Both the position numbers and the translations under genes were made by a program. The notes under the pieces were generated by a model. The model was not told where the DNA came from and searched no databases. It was given only the letters and a program-made list of their open reading frames with translations. 64,000 bases of DNA, from assembly GCA_965644265.1 (NCBI GenBank), contig OZ286466.1, positions 38,068,001-38,132,000 on the forward strand, written 5' to 3'. Positions 1 through 13,200 of the stretch are shown piece by piece. Each line of letters begins with the position of its first letter. Position 1 is the stretch's first letter. The stretch is from Glycera tridactyla (taxonomy: Eukaryota).

Positions 1-152
1 ATGTGGAGAAACATACACATGCTCATAATAGGCTCTCTGAATCGTATGTCAATCAACATACACGTAAAAAGAAAATGAACCTTTCCAATATTTGTTCATA
101 CCTCCAAGGGTGTAATTATAGCAAAAGGCCTGATGCAAATGTTATGAGAGTT

Positions 153-158
153 TTTATT
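153..158 (-). terminator. Candidate poly(A) signal for gene A (3' UTR would be about 2.5 kb)
   Basis: First AATAAA I found on the minus strand downstream of the stop at 2662; no transcript support. Confidence 0.25.
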
Positions 159-2661
159 TGTGACACTTGTTGGCTGCTGTAATATTTCTGCACACAAGAC
201 AATAGCACATTTGGGGAGAGTTAATTGGTCTTGGGCCCATATTACATTCAATCCTGAATGCTGTATCCACCTCATACAAAAATGATTGGAATAGGCCCAT
301 GTTTACTACTCTAAGCAAGTGAAATGATTAAATGGAATGAATATATACAGCAGCTCTATTGCCCGGTCAAATTCGGGACTTCTTTAGCCATCTAGAATTA
401 TGCTACACATGTTTTATCTAGAGAGATAAGTAATACATACAGTAATTATGAACATGAGAAATCTAGATCCCACAGATGACCTTCTTGGTCACGACACTCA
501 AGAATCTCATTCACACAAACATAACCACCTGAACATTTCAGATTATTTGAAATGCAAAAATAGATGATACAAGGTGACTAGATTACAACATTTGCAGCAG
601 GAAATAAGCTCTTCATCTTTCTAAGAAACAGATCTCGATGAGGCAATATCTGGGATGGCCAGAATGTAAAACATCCCTCCTTGCCATATCCACTATCCGA
701 AAATAGATAATGATTTGGAGGCTGTATGATGGCATCTCATGTATGAAAGGGCACTGATAAGTATGGTTTTCAGTCCCTACTACACGCACGACAGTAATTC
801 ATGAATGAGGACACCATGAACTCACAGAAGAGAGAGATATGCATCAGATGCAGTTACATAGGTGAAGTATTTGATGTAAAAATGAAGAGTGCCAAATCCA
901 TGATAAATTGGGTAAGTTGCTCAGATGAAGAGCTCATTCTTTAATACATTATGCATGACTGTATGTGAGAAATCAGTATGAACACAGTACATATGATATC
1001 ATATGATGGGTCAAACATGTATTACCTACAATCAATCCCATATTTCGCTGACAAGCTTCGATATAAGCATTCTGGATCACCATTGATGTGACATAGCCCA
1101 ATCACGTGATGATTAAATACAGGTGTCGTGTGTTTCAACTGACCTTCACCAAACTTTCAGCGAGACAATCTCAGAGACAAGCAATTTGTCTTAGCTTTCC
1201 CATTCCAGGATGGTCAAATGCAGCCACAGTAGGGATTACAACCTGTGTGGTGCACAAACAAATCCAAAAGGGAATTTCTTATTTCTCACTAAAATCCACA
1301 CCAGCCACACCGGCACAATGTACATGAGATAGATTGACAAAAACACACAACGCAGTCATTAGTTAGAGCTTCAACAAGTTTCCAGTCAGCATTCTAACAC
1401 ACAATTGGAGCAATTTAACGATCCCCTGAATTTGGTTTAGAAGTTGTCACGATCACACAAACCTCGAACATTCAGGAGATACACTATATCGGAAAACTTT
1501 GAGAGAAGACTGGTCCAATGATCTTTTGGCTTCGTTGTTGAAGTTGTTATGAGAGATTCACTATTTGATTCGTTCAAACATCACAAACACAAAATACAGT
1601 CATGAGTCAAAGGGCCTATCTTAATTCTATCTGGGACAGCAGCTCGTTGGAAAGGTGGTAGGTAGGATATCATGCCAAATCGACTCGAAATTGACATGGC
1701 AATGACCATGTATGATTCCCTGATCTGGTAGAGTACAGCAGCGGTGGACTTTGCATTCATTTTCATGGTCGAGACGAAAGTAAAGTTTGAGGAAGAAAAA
1801 AACCAGTGACAACCAAGTCAGACTCGCTGTTACTTTTCTGATGATGTTGAAGGCTGGGATATAACCAATTAGTTGGAATATAGGATGAGCCTCTTTCCGA
1901 GGGCATTCCACAATAGTCCTACCTAGACTTATATAATATCAGTGTCTGATAATTTCCAGTAGACGTGGATCACAGCCTGAGGTAGGGAATCTATATATGG
2001 AAGTCGTAAAGACATGGCTTTATAGTCATATGCAAAATGGAATCAATTGCTAAAAATTGGCTGTATATTCACCTAACTTGACATTGCCCCCTTGCTATAC
2101 ATGTATTATTATGACTATAATATGATTATTGGTTTCAGACTGTGAAGTACTGACAGGATTAAAGCAATCAAATGCACTTACTACAAAGCATGTGGAATAA
2201 AGGGAATTGCTACATGCTCACTATACCATCCAAAGACTCCCACATTCAGTTCAGTTCTCCTTAAGTTGCTCTGGCAATTTGTCAGTCATGAGAAGGACAT
2301 CTGCACTGGCTGTTACGTTTCCTAGTACAGATGCTGCTATTCAATGACACAATTCCAAGGATCGGATCTTATAAGACAACTCCAGTAACTCGTTTTGCTC
2401 TGGATGATACATTGTGGCACAGAGACCCAAATATTCAAGCACATGCATTTCAAGTAGGCGTAATAGCAGATTGTTCACTAGTTTGAGAACAGGTTCAGGA
2501 TCAGAAAATCACGGTGACCAATCATCTGCTCACGCAGCACAAGTGCATGACGAGTGTGGATGGCTTGTTGCTCATCGGTGGCTTTCTGATCGACTTGCTG
2601 CTGCTGGTTGCTCCTACTGCTGCTGTTCTTGAGATGACGTCATCATAATCGGCCGCCATGT

Positions 2662-2750
2662 TCACAATAGCGCAAAGATGACACACACGATGAGGGAGAT
2701 GATGGAGAAGCTGACATGCCTGGCATCTCCTCGAGCACTCTGGGCAGCTT
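2662..2750 (-). CDS. Gene A terminal coding exon: GPI-signal-like tail
   Basis: Acceptor ttcatttgtag, phase 1; (E)AAQSARGDARHVSFSIISLIVCVIFALL-stop: small residues, spacer, then a hydrophobic run ending at the stop. Confidence 0.8.
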
Positions 2751-3047
2751 CTACAAATGAATAATAAACAAATTGTTATTCATTGAAATGATTGATGATG
2801 TTGCAACAATGCTGAATCTACATGCGAGAGATGCAATTATGACTGTCACTACAAAGAAGGTGATTATCGATGGAATTTCATATATCGAATGCAACTAAAC
2901 TATNNNNNNNNNNNNNNNNNNNNNNNNNNNNNNNNNNNNNNNNNNNNNNNNNNNNNNNNNNNNNNNNNNNNNNNNNNNNNNNNNNNNNNNNNNNNNNNNN
3001 NNNNNNNNNNNNNNNNNNNNNNNNNNNNNNNNNGGGGGTTGTATGTA

Positions 3048-3097
<50 letters not shown>

Positions 3098-3880
3098 TGC
3101 GTGTGTGTGTGCATGGCCTAATGAATTGAACAATAATTGGGAGGAAGGGTAAATATGAACGTGCAATATCGGGAACTATAAAACACAGCTATTCCCACAC
3201 CCACACAAATGAATATTTGCAAATGGGATGAAGGAAGTAAATTAGAATGATCGGCATATATACCATAAATATGGGTACATTGGAATCTTTTAAAATGAAG
3301 GAATATCATAGCAACTTCGATTCATCAAGTCAAACCATGTATATGACTGATCTTTTAACATGTCGGTATACTGTACATACATGTCAGTCATTGACTTTCC
3401 CATCTTGTTTTTTCTTTGTCTTTGCTACGGATAGTATCAAAGCTGGATATATACTAGGTGTTCAATGACTTTGGCATCCAAATGTAGAGTGAAAACTGAC
3501 AGTTTAGCAAATAACATGACCATCAATGGCAGATATATTCTGCTGTGGTAGAACACGATCAAAGGCTATCTCTTCTTTGTGTCAAGACGTGCGTTTTGCT
3601 TCAAATATGAACATAGCTTTCAGTAGTGAGTATCAGTGTCCGAGCAGTTAAATATCGACAGAATAGGTGATCACAGCTTCCAAGGTCCCCTTAGAAAAGG
3701 ATAGTTATTGTGTCACCTCCCACAAATTTCAATTTCACTTATGTAGCCTCTGGTGATATATGTTTGAGAGACATCAGGTTTTTTCTCATTATCTAATGCT
3801 CCCCTATAAGAATGAAATCAGAGCACTTCCGAGAATCGGTTAGCAAATGCATGGAGCACACTGTACAGAGTGCTTATAGC

Positions 3881-3957
<77 letters not shown>

Positions 3958-6900
3958 TGTGCATGTTTTCGTGTAGTCAACGCAAGCTGGTCCTGAAAAT
4001 GGAATTGTTGAATTTCTTACATAAATGAACTCAATGCATATCCAAGAGTCATCTCTCGTGATAGGCATTGTAGCCAGATGCAGGGTGAGCAAACATTGTG
4101 CATCTCATGCTGGTTATTCTAGTATCTCCATTGACACCCATGCATTTACAATCCAATCGATAAGCAGCATGTTTTTACTGTAAGTAAGACAACTGACACC
4201 GGCGACAGACCTCATCCTTACCAAGCGAATACATGTGTTTGGAAATAGTTCTAGGACAAATGCCAGGCCCTACTGAATAAATTGGTTGAGTATTCTCCGT
4301 AGCTGGCTGATGCTTATCTTCGAAGCAGTTGCATAATTAGAAATGCCATCAACAGGTTCATCACAGAGGAGTCAGAGATAACAGACCCCTTGACCAGAGG
4401 CACCTGTCTCGAAGAACTACATTTCGGCATTTCCATTAGTTTGATACCACTTTGCCGTAATATAGGTTGGTCTCTTCTCAGAGGTTACACTGTATCTCAA
4501 CACTGATGGTGGTCAGGAATGAACATCCTTTTCGCCTCCTACTCTGAGCCTTCCTGTGACCGACACTTAATGAGAGAGGACAGTTGTCTTTCACTAGGAT
4601 GGAGTCTTTCTACAAATCACCCAAATCTCTGCCGACCACTATCAAGAGACAAGCACTCCCGTAATTCTCAGGCTTCCGACATGTGCTCATTGTATATCGT
4701 TGTTCACCCAGTACCTGATTTTTAAAATCTAGGTACATTCGACTATATTTGCATTCGTATTTCCTTGTCCTTTTTGTATTCCATGACACTTATACATGTA
4801 ATACAACCCTGGCCGTCGTATACATTTGTGGCTGAAATAAAATCTCAAACTATCAATCAGTCAATCAATCAATCAGTCAATCAATCAATCAGCCAATCAA
4901 CCAATTAGTTCAACCTCAAGCACTGCAGACTCAACTTGGCAGCCTCCGTTTGTGCCATACAACAATGTTTCCAGAAAGGTGAACTTCATGCAAAAATAGG
5001 GTACAAGAAGCATTTCTCTTGAAATAATGGAGAATCATCAGATTGTCAATCATTCAACAAAAGCTACATCTGGAAGTCATTTAGACAATGACCAGGCTCC
5101 ACGACACTGGTGATTCCTTCCAGGGATTCATGCTGCATGACACAGATGGCACTTCTCTAGCATGATTCAGGGTATCAAGCCAAACTGACAGGAATTACAT
5201 GACAGATGCATACACAGCAACTGGAACTTCTGAGGTCAGGTCTCAAATTTAGAAATAATGACACTCACTGCCATGTAATCTGAGAATTGAAGATATTTCC
5301 GCGATAGCCAAAGTTTTGATCGACACAGTGTTATTCTCAGTGGGCAGAATTTACTTCGAGAGATGTGTTTCGAACTTATGATTCCAATTGCTGGATACAG
5401 CAGTATTGGGTCAACTATAAAACAGCAAACAGTAGGGAGAAGCCAAAGACAGAAACATACATCCAATATGCAAGTGTAAATTTCCCCATGCTTTCAACAT
5501 TCATGATAATCTTACACGAGGGGAGGAAAAACTACTACTTTGATAGCAAGATTCGAAAAACACACAGGCAACCACAAAAATGGCACAAAATACCAAACAC
5601 TTGGTAAGCTGCGGATACCAAGGTGGACTTTCATGAGTAAAAAATCTGATGAAAAATAAAGTGAATTTATTCAAGTGGTCTGATATCATCAGAAAAAGCA
5701 ATTAGATACTGGTGGAGAATATGCCCAGAGTATGCATATTCATGTAAGAAGGCAATGTAAGCATGGATGTATTGATGTCAAAGTAGGGTCATATGTGTGG
5801 AGAATAATCATGCCAAGATCTTAAATGATAGTATTGAAATAGACGAGAAAAACCAACATGTAATAAGCTTTCAATGATATGTTTTGTTATTCGAAGCCAT
5901 CTTATATTGTTTGATGTACAGGAACAACTGCCAAGGTCGGGTTCGTTGATCCAACACCAAAATCTGCCATCAATGACATTATCAAAGTCAGAGCACCATC
6001 AATAGCAACTTTTTGGTAACCAGAGATCGCTACTCAAGGTGAAGGTCACCTGCACCCATGCCATGCTGTAGGAGGATAGTCATTACCGAAGAGTATCGAT
6101 CTTCGATGATGAGAACAACATGGGGTAGATAATGGTCATATCAAGGTAAGGGTGATTGATAGGAGAATCAATAGCTAGAGAGGAAACTTAGATAAGACAA
6201 ATAGTAATATAAACCTGGCAAATGTCCCCAGATAATTCTTTGTCAAATTCATACAAAGATAATTATGAAGACGGTAATGTTTTCATAACACTGAAGTGAA
6301 GGTCATTCACTCAAATACCAATAGACTGCAACACCATGGTGGATGCCAAAACAGCATGAAAAAGAAGACACAAACGAATGGCCAATTACCCTTGTTTTGA
6401 CCCTCGACTTCTCCATCTGTAACAAATACAGTGAAAATAGACATCAATGCAAATGATCAGTCCTGCTTTCATGGATGATTTTGAATGATTGATGCCTTTT
6501 TCAACTGTCATCGATGATTTGGAATGGTTGATGACACCTGTGAAGATGATAAGTTCATTCTGAATGATTCTGAATGTTCTGAATGATTTTTGAGTGGACA
6601 GCCCACCCCCATACATCATGGATGGAAGCATTGCTGTCTTTGAAAACGATCCTTCCCTCAACCATGGACAGTTTTATCACTCTAAGTGTGACCGATAATT
6701 GCCAGGAGAGAAATTCGAAAGATGAGTCTGTGCGTTAAACTAAACAATCGTGCTCAGACTTGTCCTGCACCTCCAATGTAAGGACACAACTGAAACACCG
6801 ATCTTGAAAATGAAGTACTGTAGGATGGATAAGTTAACATTATACCCCATCCCCTGCCGCCAATGTCGACATGAACCAGCCTCTTCGAGCAACTTCTCTG

Positions 6901-9900
6901 CTCTTTTGAGGAGACTGATAGGTCACAGAATATTTTGTCTAGTTTGCCCATACCCATAGTTTCAATGACAGCAGTCATATATGGGACTATGAAGGCTTTG
7001 TATCTCCGATAATCATAGAGTGGATGGAAGATCATTGTCTGAAGCATGAAAATTGTGCTTTCAGTTAGCGATATCATCAATCTACTGGAATCACTTCCTC
7101 AGGATCTCATTGGTATGAGTAGTAGCAGTGTTGCTGCCACTGAGCAAAGTCTTGCAAGAGGAGTATCACGATACTATAAAACAGAGACCAAATAACCACA
7201 ACTAAGTAACTACTTCAGAAAAAAGATGACAATATAAAAAAATAGCAAATCTCACCATGATGAATCCTAATCTTTAAAAAAAAAAACAATGAATGTATGA
7301 ATGGTGAACAAGTGAGTCAGCTGGGAAAAGTTCCACTCACCAACTTCTTTACTGTTCTTTAGAGCAACTACATGGCGAGTGCGACCCAATGAATTCGATG
7401 CAGTGAATATGTAGTCTGTGAAGTGCTGATCGAACACACGGTCGATGTGGAGCGACACCATGAACTCAGTTGGCGATTTCTGCAAAGAAATTGATAATTT
7501 AAACAGAGTTAAACGATAGGTCTAAGACAAAAGGACATAATATGCTATAGGACAACGTCAGCAAGTTCTGCAAGGCATTGAGACTGTACCCAAATCTAAT
7601 TCTGACGTTGCAATAGATAGGTATGCAAATGTGCTACTGCGTANNNNNNNNNNNNNNNNNNNNNNNNNNNNNNNNNNNNNNNNNNNNNNNNNNNNNNNNN
7701 NNNNNNNNNNNNNNNNNNNNNNNNNNNNNNNNNNNNNNNNNNNNNNNNNNNNNNNNNNNNNNNNNNNNNNNNNNNNNNNNNNNNNNNNNNNNNNNNNNNN
7801 NNNNNNNNNNNNNNNNNNNNNNNNNNNNNNNNNNNNNNNNNNNNNNNNNNNNNNNNNATTTCCGCATTTATCCATAGTATCACGTGTATTATAATGGCAA
7901 TGTCTTTCAAATGGTATATCCGTACCTGGTCATTCATCAAACAACTATCAACTATAGGAAAGATCAACTGAGGAAAGATGCTGTATTGAATCGGAGAAAG
8001 ATACACGCTGATCAACATCATCACCCCTACCTATATGTTTCCCTACCTGGCAAACTGAGAACACGTTTGGGTATGTTAATTTAAACAACAACAAGGCATA
8101 TTGATCTTTCAATTTTTCCTTTCTAGGTATCATATGCGCCTGATTACCCATTCACTGGACTTCAATGCATCAATCTCAGATCATTCCAATGGAATCTGTT
8201 GTTAGTTCATCAGATTGCTATTGGATTTCCTCAACTTGATTGAGCTTTCCAGAAGTTTGTCCATCATGCTACCTATTGTGATATATTGCGTGGTGGACAA
8301 ATGCTACTATGATCATCACAGGTGAGTAAATCTGGCATGAGATGAAATGTGTAGGCATCGTTGATTGCATTTATGCGGATGGTAAAATATATTTTGGCAG
8401 CAGTAGCATTTTCTAATATTTTATGAGATCAGTTAAGATCACGGAATCTCTCACTAACCCAGACAGTACTTTGAATTATACCACAGTTAAAATCATACTA
8501 ATGTATGTCTATCCCATTCACGGCGGCATATGCTATCTATTAATTCTCTCTCCCCAGTTTTCGTGTGTAGGTGTGTGTGTGTGTATTGGGTGTGTGTGGG
8601 GGGGGGGGGGGTATGTATATGTGTGGGTTGGTGTAGATGTGGGGATGTGGGTGTGGTAGTGGAAGTGTCGTGCGTGTCATCTGCTGGGGATACTTCTGGT
8701 GAGTGACAAGAGTGAAAAAAAAGCGTTAATGATATTTTTTGAATTGGAAATTCCAACTGTTCGATTGATCCTCATTTGTCCTGTATGCAGCCAACAGAAT
8801 ACACTACTATCGTGATTTTCTCTCTGATTGCCACAATATTCACCTTTGTCTAATGTGTCTATCGACTGCATCACATTAAAAAATATATGATCAGGCGTTC
8901 TATTAGAACCATCAAAAAGCAGTGCATGTTGGATGAATCTAGACAATTCCAAGTTCTTCCATAACCGGGGCAACGTGACAAGGCATTTGCTGGTTATTCA
9001 CCACGCCGTGCTTTCGATGACGACATACTTCTCCATGGAGGTGACCGAAGAGAAATTTAACTGCTACTTGTATTATACCCCTACAATATCATATGTACAT
9101 CTACATCCGTTCCCTAGTCCAAATACAAATCCAATACTACTGTAATACCACAATGTCCACATCATCCACTCTTTCCCGCACTGCCTCCTCAACTATTTTC
9201 CGATATCATCTCCCGCGCCTTACGCCACTAACCACAGTATCTAGCCACTCTAACATGAATTCATTGTAATATTTTTTTTTCTTCTTATCATTGTATAATT
9301 GTACTGTACAATATATTGACCATGTTACCTAATTAAGCGACCGTTCGAGCATGTACATGCTTCACGAATACAGTTTATTCAATTCAATTCTAAAAAGAAA
9401 TTGGACTCAAGTGATACAGTAGCCCTTATCTACTGCATCATTCCATAGTCAAATGATGAATGACACCATAATGCTTTTGGTCTTTGCATGAAGAATGGCA
9501 GAATATACAATAAGCGTCTCCTGATTATTGTAAGATATTTCGAAATGTTTTATAAGATTTCATGCCTTTCCCGAAGATATCACTGCTGCAAGGCATATCA
9601 ATGGGTGACTATATTAAGAGCTATATCTGAATAAAATGTTTCTTATTTAGTAAGGAATCATGCCATATACGGATACAATACCCAAAACCACCATCCTACA
9701 CCAGAGCTCACTGAAGGCATTAAAACATTGAGAGATCATGCACAATCACATGCTTTTAAATGTTCTCTACACATGCAACTCTCACACGCTCGCACACAAG
9801 TCACATCCCATTGATAATCTGTGTTCCTTGTGGCGCACACTCATTTTTAGAATATTGATCAAATATCGAAAGTATGCAGTCCAATTGATGACCCTCTCAT

Positions 9901-10211
9901 TCATATTCTCAAAGACACTCCTGGGCTGAATGAAAAATAATGTTTGATGAAATAACACCATACTAGAGTCTGTTTGTCCTGATGGCAAAAAACAGTGATG
10001 GGATTATGTAGGTATTCTTGCGAATCTGGAAAATCACATCAGTCCGTCTACTTTTTGTGAAAATGTAAGACTAAGATGTTATAATATGATATTCGGTAAA
10101 TGTTGTCAAAGTCCATCCATTTTTCACATCCTGTCTATACCACTCATTGAGTTTCATTGCATTCGGTGCTGTAGCCATTTCCATTGTGCTAATCGTGTTG
10201 CCTTCTATTGA

Positions 10212-10285
<74 letters not shown>

Positions 10286-13200
10286 CGTGTGTGTGCGCGC
10301 GTATGGGTGTGCGCGTGTGGGTGCGCGTATGGGTGTGCACAGCACAGGTAGGGAGTTCGAACCTAGTGGAGAGCAGTGAATGAGCACAGGTGGGTGAGAA
10401 GCCGCGAGCCTTTAGCGACCTGGAGGGGGCAGTGAACAGAGCTAGTATCGACAGTGACCCGAAGAGGACCATAGCGAAAAGATCATTACAATCAGTTAGT
10501 TCTAATAAATGCATTAGTCTGCTGTCAGGTGGCACGAGCAGTGAATACGTATCATTACGAGCAAATGAGCATATAATAAGCGCCAGTCTCAATCTATGCA
10601 CTGGCGAGTACTTTCACTCGGATGACATGACATATGAGGGCCAAGAAATGCATCACTGAAAGGAGGAAGGAAAGAAGGAAGGAAGGAAGGAAGGAAGGAA
10701 AGGGACGGGGGAATGGACACTATTCTTGACTTCTGTATTGCAGCCTTAATGGCGATACAAGTCATAAAAGTGGTCCACTATGAACATTATATCCACGCCA
10801 GTGAGGTGACTTCAGTATGGGAGAACGATATAGAATAATGAGCCCAAGGTCCATTGTGGTCATGAGATACGATTGGATAATCTGAAATTGCATCTGCCCA
10901 GCGATCGATAGAAATCTCATGAACCAGCCCGATGGGGTTTGGTACAGGTGAAAAATCAAGCAGCCATGTCTAAGCTTCCAGAAGATTCATTGACTCCTGC
11001 AAAGATATCTTTCTCCATGCTATACAATCCCGAAGTTGGAGATACAAGATTTATTCGTCAATGCCATAGCTAGCACATACACCGACAATAAAACCGAAGT
11101 CCTCTCAGCTGATGAGGGAGCTATTAGAAGCATTCGATGAATGTCCAATTATATGCTTACATAGCACCAAAACATACTTAACTAGGATAAGTAGGACATA
11201 AGGTACAGGCATACTGCAAGGGGATTCCCTGGTGCCGTTACTCAACATCATCGTTATTGACTATGTATTGGGGATGCAATAGATAACGGAGAAGCCCGGG
11301 CTAGAATGAGCTGGAATCAAGTGTGGTTTTGATTTAACCCCAAATCTCTACTGACCTCAACTATTTCTGCACGTAGTTCATCAATCTAAAAGGAGATGAC
11401 ATGTACAGCATGGTGCAATAATTCCGAATGATGCGACACAAGGAAGATCGCCTTAAGCATGGATGAGATTGGTACTGAGGAGAGAAAATGATAGCATGAG
11501 ATAGATGATGATGGAGATGCTTATGGGGTATGGGACATATAAATGAGAATATTCGAATGGTGTGAGGAATTAATCAGTACATTAGTTATGCTGGGAGATA
11601 TGAACGTGGATAGGGCATGGGTGACCTCACTGAAATAGCAATTCAAAGATTGAACTGACAGGTGCTGTCACAGATCCAGAAACGATGAGCTACAGGACAC
11701 AGCTGGACTGAAACAGTTGGAGATAGCGGAAGCTCTAAGGACAGTCCTGTGACAGGCATACATCACGTCATGACCACCAAAGTCTTCCGAAAACAATCCG
11801 AAAACTTCTAGCTAACCCCAAACTAACTGTTGGAGCAACCAAACTAGGCAATGAGACAGGCCCGACAAAAACAATGAACGTCATCAATGAGTACTTTGAC
11901 AGGAGAGAATCTTGCCAGTAAACTTGGACACAGTGTCTAAATAGAGTTTGAAAGCAGGGCACCCGAATACAAATTGTTGTGAGCAGTGAGCATATCTCAT
12001 AGGGACTGGTGCTATTCTTGAATTGCATGGCCGCTCACTGGTTGGGATGAGGTACCGTAGGGTTCCCAGTTGCAGCTAACAATTGCTAACGTTTTGTAAC
12101 AGAAACAGGGTCCCCATTGTTCTATGACAACCTCGAGATGAAATATATTTGATAGAGGATTTGGTGACATTTTCCCTGCTAGCTCAACCGAACAGCCTAC
12201 AGGTCACTTCTCGAATGGAGCATTAATGTAGTCCTAGCCCCCCCCCCCCCCCCCCCATCTCCAATTTATATTACTCACCACCAAATAGATACCTTATAAG
12301 TTACAGGAAGCCATTGGATGACATGAAAAAAACTACAGGACCATGAGCATATCACCAGTTATCAGCAAGATTCTCAGACTGCATGGAGACTCATCATAAG
12401 CTGTTTAGGATGCAATAAGGGTTCAAGAGACACCACTTCGTCAACATCTGTCTGTTGACTATTTTAGAGGAAATCAAGGAAAATGTCGATTAGGGACGTG
12501 CAACTGCAGTGGTCTTCCTGGACCTCAAGAACACATTGCACATAGTCCTGACAGACTAATGTATGCCATTTTGAATAGGGCATGGCAACTGAAGGTGAAT
12601 GACACGTAGCCAAGCATAGTAAACGTGGTATCCTCAAAAGCCCAAGGTCTAACTCTGTCTTTGAAGACAATCGACTGGGTGTACGAGGGTGGATACATCA
12701 CATAGACTTTAAAGGTCTGCATGCAAGCTGTAACATTATATTTGTATGAGTACAATGTACTAGTTCAACATGTGGGATTCAGTGAATGCGTCCTAGGCCT
12801 GCCCTCTATCATATCCAACACCTACTTTGCCATTTTTATTGCATTTTTATACTACTATTGATGTAAACCAACCTGCTTGATATTTTGAACTATATGTTTG
12901 CTGGATTTGTCTGGATAATCCCTATAATGTATTTATGTTTTATATGGGTTATTAGTACACTGGATCTACTCATATCTTATGTAATTTTTGATTCAATTGA
13001 AATGAGGTATGCCTGTCTATTATAATTCGACCAAGATTCATGAAGCAATTATGGGAAAGGCCTGAGATAATCTTGCTGCTGGACATTCGAACAGATCCGT
13101 CCCCACTTCTTCAATACAGTTCACCTAGTCTTCCCCGCATTATTAGTTCAAGTGGACTCAGGTTCCAATCTCATATTCCCCATTAACACTGAACTAAAAA

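Noticed and set aside
1627-1911. 94-aa minus ORF downstream of gene A stop
   Set aside because: It lies in the presumed 3' UTR with no homology cue or splice support.
2635-2642. CRE palindromes TGACGTCA, also near 21951 and 60070
   Set aside because: Three 8-mers in 64 kb is close to chance, and there is no positional pattern.
10071-10659. 176-aa minus ORF and neighbouring plus ORFs
   Set aside because: The length comes from a stop-free (GT)n tract translated as HT/CV repeats.
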